A DNA stretch of 64,000 nt, from positions 1-64,000 of the forward strand of contig CAVPCQ010000012.1 in assembly GCA_963702425.1 (NCBI GenBank). Direction: 5' to 3'. The stretch is from an uncultured Acidobacteriota bacterium. Its GTDB lineage: Bacteria > Acidobacteriota > Polarisedimenticolia > J045. Each line of letters starts with the position of its first letter. The stretch's first letter is position 1. Positions 58,301-64,000 of this stretch are shown here, one piece after another. The notes below the pieces were generated by a model. The model worked only from the letters and a program-made list of their open reading frames with translations. It had not been told where the DNA came from and did not search any database. Both the position numbers and the translations under genes were made by a program.

Positions 58301-60459
58301 ACCTCGCAGAGGTGCTGGAGTGCGACATACGGCATGAACGCGCGCTCCACGCACTCGGATCGGATCAACTCGAGCAGGGCCTCCGGATCGAGCCGTTCGT
58401 CCTCGGTTGCCAGCACCAGCGTGCCGCCGGAGCCCAGCGTGGCGAACACCTCCTGGCAGGAGACGTCGAAGCTGAACGGCGCGAAGTGAAGCGTCCGGCT
58501 TCCCCGACCGACGGCGGAACGCTGGAACTGCCAGTGCATGAGATTGACCAGCGGGGCGTGCGGCATGGCGACCCCTTTCGGTCGCCCGGTCGAACCCGAT
58601 GTGTACAACAGGTAGGCGAGGTGCTCCGGACGCACGCCTGACGCGGGGCGTTCCGACGAGCACGACGCGATCGCGCCGGCGTCGAGGTCGAGTCGCACCA
58701 CCGTCGGCGTACCGTCGTCCCCCTCCGGGAATTGCAAGCCGCCGCCCGGACCTTCGCGAGTGATGACCACTGCGGCTCTCGCGTTCTGCAGCAGGTACGC
58801 CAGGCGGTCGGCCGGGTAGGCGGGATCGAGCGGAAGGTAGGCGCCGCCGGCCTTCAGGACTGCCAGGATGGCCGTCACCATCTCCGGGGAACGAGCGAGG
58901 CATAGCGCCACCGGTACGTCCGGACCGACACCAAGTCCCCGAAGGTGTGCTGCGAGCCGGTTGGCTTCGACGTCCAGTTGGCGGTAGGTGAGTCGGGCGT
59001 CGCCGGCGATCAGGGCCAGATCGTCGGGATGCTCGTCCACGCAACGTTCGAAGAGCTGGTGAAGGCAGGCGTCGGTCGGATAGTCCTTCTCCGTCCGGTT
59101 CCACTCGACGACGACGCGCCCGCGCTCTTCGCCATCGAGCAGGTTGATGTCGGAGAGCCGCGCGTTGGGATCAGCTGCCATTTGCACGAGGACGCGGCGC
59201 AGGTGTCCGAGCAGACGCCGTACCGTGTCGCCCTCGAACCGCGCGGCGTCGTACGTTACCGCCAACCGCAGTTCGTCCGTGGGGACCACCAACAGCATCA
59301 GCGGATACCCGATGCGCGACGGCATCGGCCTCATCCGCATGGTAAGGCTCGACCCCGCTCGCACGTCGGCACCGGTAACCGGCTGGTTCTCGAACACGTA
59401 CACGCTCTCGAACAGCGGCGTGCCGGGGGCCACCGCGGCCCAGCGCTGCACCTCCCACAACGGGCTGTACTCGTACTGTCTCTGCTCGGCGAGATCACCC
59501 TGTATCGACTTCAACCAGGTCCCGATGGTCGCCTCGGGCGGAAGGGACGCCCGGAACGGCAGCGTGTTGACGAACATCCCGACCATCGTGTCGGCCCCGG
59601 GGATGTCGTCGGGCCTGCACGACACCACCACGCCGAAGACAACATCGTCTTCTCCGCTGTATCGCCCCAACAGGAGCGACCATGCGGCCTGGACGACGAT
59701 ATTCGGCGTCACCCGGCTTTCCGACGCGAGGCGCCTGATGGCCGCGGTCTGCTCGACAGTCAGGTTGAGGTGATCCTCGCGGTAGTCCACGACCGCGGGC
59801 CCGGTCGAGCCGCCACGGTCCGCGGCGAGCACCGTGGGTTGCGTGAATCCGGCCAGCCGTGCGCGCCAGTACGCCTCGGCCCGCGACAGATCCTGGCCTT
59901 GCAACCACTGGATGTAGTCGCGGAACGGGCGCACGGGGACCAGTTCAGGCTCGACGCCGTTGCGAAGCGCGTCGTAGGTTCTCACGACATCGCGCAGCAC
60001 CAGCGGGCCGCTCCAGCCATCCAGCGCGATGTGGTGCAGCGTCCACACCAACTCCCCCGCACTTTCGCCGGTGCGCAGGAACGTCAGGCGGATCAGCGTC
60101 GGCTCGTCCAGCCGGAAACTCCGTTCCCGATCCTGTCGCAGAAACTCCGCGATCCACGACTCCTGCTGGTCCGCCGACATCGACCGGCCGTCGTACTCGG
60201 TCCAGGGCAGGTCGACATGCTTCCGGACCACCTGCACCGGCTCCTTGCGCCCGGTGCCTACCACGGACGTACGCAGCGCGGCGTGTCGGGCCACGATTCG
60301 TTCCCACGCCTGCCGGAACGTGTCGACGTCGACGCCCGAGATCTGGATCCGCGTCTGCTCGACGTACACACCCAGGCCCGGTTCGGCCAGGCTGTGGAAC
60401 ATCATGCCCTTCTGCATCGGGGACAGCGGGTAGATATCCTCGATGTTCCTTGGCGCCAT
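49396..60459 (-). CDS. Hybrid NRPS-PKS: C-A(Pro)-T, C-A(Asn)-T, KS-AT-KR-ACP
   Basis: DCL-type start IEDIYPLSPMQKGM; C HHIALDG; A code DVQFIAQVVK (Pro-like); T GGHS; C HHIVCDG; A code DLTKVGEVGK; T GGHS; KS, AT GHSLG, KR YSAAN, ACP GGSS. Confidence 0.95.
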   Translation of the reverse strand: MAPRNIEDIYPLSPMQKGMMFHSLAEPGLGVYVEQTRIQISGVDVDTFRQAWERIVARHAALRTSVVGTGRKEPVQVVRKHVDLPWTEYDGRSMSADQQESWIAEFLRQDRERSFRLDEPTLIRLTFLRTGESAGELVWTLHHIALDGWSGPLVLRDVVRTYDALRNGVEPELVPVRPFRDYIQWLQGQDLSRAEAYWRARLAGFTQPTVLAADRGGSTGPAVVDYREDHLNLTVEQTAAIRRLASESRVTPNIVVQAAWSLLLGRYSGEDDVVFGVVVSCRPDDIPGADTMVGMFVNTLPFRASLPPEATIGTWLKSIQGDLAEQRQYEYSPLWEVQRWAAVAPGTPLFESVYVFENQPVTGADVRAGSSLTMRMRPMPSRIGYPLMLLVVPTDELRLAVTYDAARFEGDTVRRLLGHLRRVLVQMAADPNARLSDINLLDGEERGRVVVEWNRTEKDYPTDACLHQLFERCVDEHPDDLALIAGDARLTYRQLDVEANRLAAHLRGLGVGPDVPVALCLARSPEMVTAILAVLKAGGAYLPLDPAYPADRLAYLLQNARAAVVITREGPGGGLQFPEGDDGTPTVVRLDLDAGAIASCSSERPASGVRPEHLAYLLYTSGSTGRPKGVAMPHAPLVNLMHWQFQRSAVGRGSRTLHFAPFSFDVSCQEVFATLGSGGTLVLATEDERLDPEALLELIRSECVERAFMPYVALQHLCEVAIKAGRVPEQLSEVITAGEQLQITPAVAAFFERIPGSTLDNQYGPTECHVVSALRLSGNPREWPLLPGIGRPISNVRLYILDNRLQPVPVGVPGELYIGGKALARGYLYDDDLTARRFVRDPFADDEDARMYRTGDLTSFESDGEIRFLGRIDDQVKLRGFRVELGEVESRLSEHPDVRQAVAVIREDRPGDRRLVAYILPQPSRVITAGELRQFLAERVPEYMIPAAFSVVSEVPLTPSGKVHRKALEAAEYAPLEMRDHYVAPRGPLEEALVGIWSEILGVHDPGIHDDFFQLGGHSLMATQLVSRVRDALKVELPLRALFDRPTVAKLAAEIERLRREGASVPDLVPRPRGATLELSPGQQRLWVLDQMGSAGAYNIHRAYRLSGTLDRDSLEGSLRDLTRRHEALRTRFVVRDGQPCQVIDENVDLTLEVSDLSSVRRSERDLAIQALIDRDAGKAFDLTVGPLIRARLIELGSDEYVLLLSMHHIVCDGWSMGLLARDLAALYGARRTGEPPRLPELTVQYADFAVWQNERLQGELADRQLSYWKDKLGKGLPVLNLPTDRPRPPVQTFRGASHRLALSRELSDAVSRLARKEGVTVAMVLLAAYQALLSRYTGQEDIVVGSPIANRTRSEIEDLIGFFVNSVVLRADLSGNPTFSEVLRRVQQLSLDAYDHQDLPFERLVHELNPERDLARTPLYQTVFAMQNVPRIELQLPGVVIGDYPVEAHTARFDLELYLHEHPTGIRGVFSYNVDLFDASTVERMAAHLTTLLEGAVSNPETRLSELPLLDPGHRDRAIVEWNETRTAYPRDKTVDRLFEEHVERTPAAAAVAFEDQTLSYQELNARANQLAHYLRKRGVGPEVLVGIFVERSLDMVVGLLGVLKAGGAYVPLDLTEPADRIAFVLEDTAVRVLITGRDHLDNLPEHAAEVICLDRDGSDIDKESEANPGSGVDPDNLAYVIYTSGSTGRPKGVQIEHRQLLNYTLGVLDLLKLPQGAHFATVSTLAADLGNTPIFGALCSGGCLHVMSEERIRNGGAFAEYMKAKAVDCVKIVPSHLEALLAAAANPADVLPRRMLVVGGEICSWALVERVQHLSRSCAIVNEYGPTETTVGVVSHRVRLSERERFPWGPPVGRPNANTQVYILDPQQQPVPIGIPGELYIGGEGVARGYLSRPEQTAEKFVPDPFRSEPDARLYRTGDLARYRADGNIEFMGRIDHQVKLRGFRIELGEIESVLVEQPDIEQAAAMVCGEGDGRHLVAYVVERARGEATPARLREFLRRRLPEYMVPSAFVILDALPLTPNGKVDRRALPAPVVGRPSEQAYVAPRSEIEEKIAAIWRSVLGVESVGARDNFFDLGGHSLRLLQVHRRLVEELGRDLPVTDLFEYPTVEGLANHLSGKRDTAPGLHTSAKSRLARRGAAHGNAVAVIAMAGRFPGAADVERFWENLRDGVECVRSFTDEELRAAGLPEHLVTHPRFVRTRAVLDDIDLFDARFFGYSPREAELMDPQQRVFLECSWEVLERAGYDPGRYEGMIAVYAGMNTSSYVMNLQSQPELMSSAGGMQSSLSVDKDYLATRVSYDLNLRGPSMTVQTACSTSLVAVHEACRSLLDHGCDIALAGGVCIGVPVVNGVVYEPGGILSADGHNRTFDARADGTVASSGSAVVALKRLEDALADGDQIHAVIRGTAVNNDGSAKVGFTAPSVEGQAAVIALAQASAGVDPESISYVEAHGTATALGDPIEVAALTKVFRERTAKRAFCGLGSLKSNMGHLSEAAGVAGLIKTVLAMEHGQLPPSLHFDNPNPNIDFDDSPFYVVSELRDWTTPSGVPRRAGVSAFGLGGTNAHAILEEAPALDATGPSRPCQLLMLSAKSREALDVAATSLASHLEGHSDLNLADVAYTLQVGRGEFRHRRAVLCRDASEAVQALRGGAAERVWTRHAPERAPSVVFMFPGHGHQHMDMGRELYETEAVFRDVVDEGLEYLRDELDFDLQGFLYPAEADSADPAAVLDRPTIFQPALFLVDYAMAKLWQSWGVEPVACIGHSLGEYVAACVSGVLSYRDALRIVSLRGRLMEKSPDGAMLSIPFDEDHVRALLENEEGIWLSAVNAPSLCLVSGDPTRIAVFEERLTRDGVECSRVAATHAYHSGLMEGGVRPLVDAVGKAALGSLGIPFMSNLTGDWITESEARSPEYWGLHLREPVRFAEGMERILKMPDQILLEIGPGQIMTSLARMHDACDPGRVLISSMRHPKAEVSDAAVVMGAVARLWTAGGRLSWPGFYRDESRRRVTLPTYPFQRQRFWIDRVRKPVERVAGSLGPRRNIADWYYTRFWRRTSLSEGGPSTASDRGAEARCVVFGDGSDFARRCVERLKADGRQVFEVTTGARYERTGDRITLDPRSQADYQRLVGDLARDDGCPGLAVHLWGTTPAPASLRQEDALVDEVQYRGYFSLFFLVRALADAEASNGLRIFAVTEGVHDVTGAESICAEKATVLGAVRVIDHEFTKVSCRNVDFSADDLQRRAPDAVDALIREIDGAAADTDSDAVVAYRNGRRWVESFSPVRLVEPKGDSTARLRERGTYLVTGGLTGVGLVLANCLAEWCHANLVLVGRTPLPDRSEWAEYLRGDGNDESVSRRIRAVQSLEASGAQVMACAADVSDPVEMQKVLKDARTHFGPIHGVVHAAGVTAGGLMAIQSPDRPWFSFGPKLMGARVLERSLSQERLDFFVVCSSLNTVIGVPGVADYSAANAYLDAFARCHAASTGRFCVSVNWSRWREVGMAVEAAGAPLPEGQGISNQEGGEVFRRILRGAEEPNVLVSETDLPLLLRSARSQRYQLPAGSESTDKQERETAEAPSGRHLYPRPELPTDFVPPETQTELALAEIWSAVLGIDGIGVNDNFLELGGSSLVAIKVLSRVRETLKVELQLHKLFLMLTIGELAKHIDGLMWAKEGQSCATVGESESREEGTL
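49590..54450 (-). repeat. Copy 2 of the ~4.9-kb duplicated PKS module segment
   Basis: Matches 36960-41820 from EYMVPS.FV.LDALPLTPNGKVDRRALPAP to the ACP. Confidence 0.9.
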
Positions 60460-60460
60460 G

Positions 60461-63400
60461 CTATTTTCCCTCTCCGGCTTCGCTCAGGATGTCGTCGAGA
60501 TCATCCTGGTCCCACCCGAACTTCCCGAAGTCCGAGGGTGTATACCCTCCCGCTTCCGGAGATTCGCAGTGTTCAATGAGTGAGGTGAGTTCGTCCAAGA
60601 ACGCGCCGGCAAGCTGCTTCACGGTTTCCTCGCGATGCACGGCCCGGCTGAACGCCCACGTCACCGCGAACCGCCCGCCCTGGACGACTGCGTTGATCTC
60701 CAGCAAGTGCGCCCGGCGCATTCGGGGGCTCCGCATCGGACCGCACGGCCAGTCGCTCGGCCGCAGCAGTCCGCCACCGGTGCCGTCGGTGCCGTCGAAC
60801 CGTCCCAGGTAGTTGAAGGCGATCTCCGCCGGCGGGATCCTGCGCAGCAGGTTCGACAGCGCGGCGTCCGGCGCGACCCAGCGGACGAGGCCGTGCGCGC
60901 GTCCGCCGTCCGGCAGGGAATGCAGCCGTTGCTTGGTCTCTTTGAGCGCATCACCAGGCGGTTGCCCCGCCGGGGCCGCGAGCAGCACGGGATAGATCGA
61001 TGTGAACCAACCGACCGTCCTCGACGGATCGAGTCCGTCCGCGAACGGATCGCGCCCGTGTCCCTCGACATCGACGATGTGGCATTCGCTTCCAGTCCAC
61101 CGTCCCAGGGTGCGGGCGAGCGCGGTGAGCAGGACGTCGTTGATGCGGGTGCCATAGGCTGCGGGCACTCTCTGAAGGAGCGCGGTCGTCGAACTCTCCG
61201 AGAGAGACACAGTCGCCGTGCCGACCGACGACACGGTGTTGTCCCCGTCGTCGTGATCCCTGGGGACTCGGCCGACGTCTTGAAGCGGAAGCTCGAGCCA
61301 GTAGGCCGCCTGGTCCAGCAGCTTCGGGGTCGCGGCGTGTTCGGCCAGCGCCTCGGCCCACCGCGTGACCGACGTGCTCTTCGGCGGGAACACCACCGGC
61401 TGGCCTCGCCGGAGCGAGTCCAGCGCGCTCTGAAGGTCCTGCACCAGGATCGGCCACGACACGGCATCCACGGCGAGGTGATGGATCACGAACAGCAGGT
61501 GATCCGCGATGCCTGGTGTCCGGAACAGCGCGAGCCGAAGCAGCGGCCCGTGCTCCAGATCGAGGCTCGCCTGGACCCTCGCCGCCTCGCGCTCCACGAA
61601 TGCACGCCGCGCCCGGGCGTCGAGCGCGGGAACCTCGACCGTCTCGAGCGGCACCTCGACTCCCGGCTCCACGATCTCCTTGATCCAGCCGCCGTGGTCC
61701 CTTCTCAGCCGGGAGCGCAGGGCGTCGTGGTGCTCGATCAGGTGCTGCAAGCCTTCGCGCACAACGTCCGAGTCGAGCACCTCGGTCGACTCGAGAAACA
61801 GCGCCTGGTTGAAGTGGTGAGCGTCCCGCGGATGTTGATTCAGGAACCAGAGCTCGATCGGGGTCAACGGCATGGGCCCCGTGACCGGGCCCTGATCGGC
61901 GTCGTCGTGGAGCAGGAGCTGCGCGGCCGCCGCCAACTCCGCAACGGTCTGGTGCTGGAACAGGTCGCGAGCGCCGAACCGGAGTCCCGCCTCCCGCGCC
62001 GCCGCCACGACCTGGATGCTCAATATGGAGTCGCCGCCGAGTTCGAAGAAGTTGTCGTGGATACCGATCCGTTCGATGCCCAGAACGCGCGCCCAGACGC
62101 TCGAGAGGATCTCCTCTGCCTTGTTCCTCGGCAACGCGAACGCGCCGGCCGACTCCGGCCGCACGGCATCGGGTGCGGGCAACGTCTTCCGGTCGACTTT
62201 GCCGCTCGGTGTCGTTGGGAACCGGTCGAGAACGACGAACGCCGACGGCACCATGAACTCCGGAAGGGTGGCCTGCAGGTGTCGACGGAGTTCCGGGACG
62301 AGCTGACGCACGCGGCGCCCGCGCAACGGATCATTCGTGTAGTTCGCCCAGGGCCGGGTCCGCGGCGTCGCCCGCGGGAACGCCACGGGCCGGGGAGGCC
62401 CGGAGGGACCGCCGTTCCTCCGGACGAACAGCACGTCGTAGGCACCATCGTGCCGGGGCGCTGCCCAGTCGACCAGGACGTCGTAGGGCAAGTGCTGGGA
62501 CATGGAGACGAATCGGTCCGGATCGACGCCGATCCCCGAAGCGGCCTTTCGTGCCTCCTCGATCAACGCACCGGCCGTGGATGGGCACCGGTCGTCGTCG
62601 AGCCGCTCCGCGGCGAAAACGTCGGCGAGGACCCGTGCGTTCGGCACGCCACGGATGCCCAGGACTTCGGGCTCCGATCCGGCCAATTCGTGCTCGAGCG
62701 CCTCCGGGTTCGACCGTCCCGGATCCCAGTCGAGCCAACGAACGGCGGGCGTCTCGACCGCAGGCTCGTCGAGATGAAGCGTCACGTCGTAGCGGAACCG
62801 GCTCAACTCGTTGTCGTAGCCACCGACCTTGGGCCTGATGCTGACCCTGGTGACCCGAGGGAACAACCTCTGGAGGCCGACGAACAGCTCGGGTTCCACG
62901 ACCAGTTCCTGGTCCTGGTTGAGGTGGTGATCGACGCGCTGGCGCAGCTGCACAGCGGAGAGCTCGGGCTCCGCCCGGAAGGCTTGCACGGACGTATGGA
63001 AGGCACGGAACAGCGGCAGGCTGCGCACGTCCCCGATGAAGATCCGCCCCCCGGGGCCAACGGCATCGATCGCTCCTTCCAGGACCCGGAGCAGGTAGTC
63101 CGCGGCGGGGAAGTACTGGACCACGGAGTTCAGGACGATGGTGTCGAACGCGCCCTTCCCGATGCCGGTGAAGTCGTCGGCGCGCTGCCTGCGGAGGGTC
63201 ACCGCCCCTGCCGCTTCCCCCAGCACGCCCAGGTTCCCTTCGATGTAGTCGAGGGCAGCCTGCGCGAAATCACAGCCGAGGTACTGCTCGCAGTGCGGTG
63301 CCACGCGGAAGAGCAGCAGGCCGTTGCCGCAACCGAGCTCCAGGACCCGCTGCGGGTGGTGCGCGAGAATAGCCTCCACGGTGCCGTCAACCCACTTTCG

Positions 63401-64000
63401 CATTTCTTCGGCCGGGATCGGGTCGTTCGTGTAGCTGCTGTTCCATCCGGAGATGTTGAACATGCCGGCGTCGAGCGCCCGCGTTGCGTCATACGACTGC
63501 TCGTAGAGCGTCTCCCAGTGCGAGACGTGGTCGTCCTGCCGCACCTTCTCGCCGAGATCGGAGCCCGATCGTTCCGCAGCTGGAGCCTCGGTAATGTAGG
63601 CGACCAGGCGACGATCGCCCGGGGCGTCCTCTCGGGCCAGTACGACGCTCTCACGCACCGACGGATGTCGGTCGATGGCGGCCTCGATCTCGCCCAATTC
63701 GATGCGATAGCCGCGCACTTTGACCTGGTGGTCGATGCGGCCCAGGAACTCGATGTTGCCGTCCGCACGGAAACGCGCCAGGTCCTGCGTGCGGTACAGC
63801 CGGGCGTCCGGCTCCTCGCAGAACGGGTCGGGCACGAATCGTTCGGCAGTCAGTTCCGCACGGTTGCGGTAGCCGCGGGCGACCCCGACTCCGCCGATAC
63901 ACAGCTCTCCCGGTACTCCGGCCGGCACGGGCTCGAGGTGCCTATCAAGGATGTACACCCGCGTGTTGGCGATCGGCCGGCCGATGTGGACCGGCTCCCC
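60461..64000 (-). CDS. NRPS, 5' part outside the window: ...A interrupted by N-methyltransferase, T, E, COM
   Basis: A7/A8 YRTQDL and GRIDHQVKVRGYRIELGEIE; nMT VLELGCGNG and IVLNSVVQYFP; A10 SGKVDR; T GGDSI; E HHLAVDAVS/EGHGRD/FNYLG; C-terminal TPSDF COM helix. Confidence 0.93.
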   Translation of the reverse strand, partial: GEPVHIGRPIANTRVYILDRHLEPVPAGVPGELCIGGVGVARGYRNRAELTAERFVPDPFCEEPDARLYRTQDLARFRADGNIEFLGRIDHQVKVRGYRIELGEIEAAIDRHPSVRESVVLAREDAPGDRRLVAYITEAPAAERSGSDLGEKVRQDDHVSHWETLYEQSYDATRALDAGMFNISGWNSSYTNDPIPAEEMRKWVDGTVEAILAHHPQRVLELGCGNGLLLFRVAPHCEQYLGCDFAQAALDYIEGNLGVLGEAAGAVTLRRQRADDFTGIGKGAFDTIVLNSVVQYFPAADYLLRVLEGAIDAVGPGGRIFIGDVRSLPLFRAFHTSVQAFRAEPELSAVQLRQRVDHHLNQDQELVVEPELFVGLQRLFPRVTRVSIRPKVGGYDNELSRFRYDVTLHLDEPAVETPAVRWLDWDPGRSNPEALEHELAGSEPEVLGIRGVPNARVLADVFAAERLDDDRCPSTAGALIEEARKAASGIGVDPDRFVSMSQHLPYDVLVDWAAPRHDGAYDVLFVRRNGGPSGPPRPVAFPRATPRTRPWANYTNDPLRGRRVRQLVPELRRHLQATLPEFMVPSAFVVLDRFPTTPSGKVDRKTLPAPDAVRPESAGAFALPRNKAEEILSSVWARVLGIERIGIHDNFFELGGDSILSIQVVAAAREAGLRFGARDLFQHQTVAELAAAAQLLLHDDADQGPVTGPMPLTPIELWFLNQHPRDAHHFNQALFLESTEVLDSDVVREGLQHLIEHHDALRSRLRRDHGGWIKEIVEPGVEVPLETVEVPALDARARRAFVEREAARVQASLDLEHGPLLRLALFRTPGIADHLLFVIHHLAVDAVSWPILVQDLQSALDSLRRGQPVVFPPKSTSVTRWAEALAEHAATPKLLDQAAYWLELPLQDVGRVPRDHDDGDNTVSSVGTATVSLSESSTTALLQRVPAAYGTRINDVLLTALARTLGRWTGSECHIVDVEGHGRDPFADGLDPSRTVGWFTSIYPVLLAAPAGQPPGDALKETKQRLHSLPDGGRAHGLVRWVAPDAALSNLLRRIPPAEIAFNYLGRFDGTDGTGGGLLRPSDWPCGPMRSPRMRRAHLLEINAVVQGGRFAVTWAFSRAVHREETVKQLAGAFLDELTSLIEHCESPEAGGYTPSDFGKFGWDQDDLDDILSEAGEGK

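Noticed and set aside
45182-58641. Long plus-strand ORFs antisense to the NRPS-PKS genes (45182..48481, 49729..51615, 54109..56337, 56563..58641)
   Set aside because: Typical antisense shadows caused by codon bias in NRPS/PKS genes.

Overview
High-GC bacterial DNA (codon style suggests Acidobacteria or a similar lineage; inference only) in two parts. Positions 1-19.1 kb are backbone-like: a beta-propeller sensor kinase with a NarL-type regulator and a stand-alone receiver, RluA, M28 peptidase, a TMTC-like TPR glycosyltransferase, a class I aminotransferase, tricorn protease, GGT, MFS, DUF2846, an alpha/beta hydrolase and a SOUL protein. This part has two apparent single-base frameshifts and REP-like repeats. 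From about 19.1 kb the DNA is visibly less GC-extreme and contains IS21/IS3/IS66 debris. It holds (i) surface-glycan genes (GH39, Wza-like exporter, GT4, CE4 deacetylase, sulfotransferase, Wzx-like flippase); (ii) a lasso-peptide-type RiPP cassette (RRE/B1, 60-aa precursor, HPr-like kinase, nucleotidyltransferase, B2 peptidase) with no cyclase in the window, whose core cannot form a canonical lasso ring but ends in Ser; and (iii) the 3' part of a large minus-strand NRPS-PKS operon ([A-nMT-T-E] > [C-A(Pro)-T-C-A(Asn)-T-KS-AT-KR-ACP] > [dock-C-A(Asp)-T-E-C-A(Ile/Val)-T-KS-AT-KR-ACP]). The assembly line has no terminal release domain and runs directly into an atypical alpha/beta-hydrolase pair, a type II TE, a PPTase and the flippase. 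The best candidate for a new system is a glycan locus whose product is decorated with, or anchored by, a statine-type peptide-polyketide and/or a phosphorylated linear RiPP. All calls are motif-based by eye; no searches were run.
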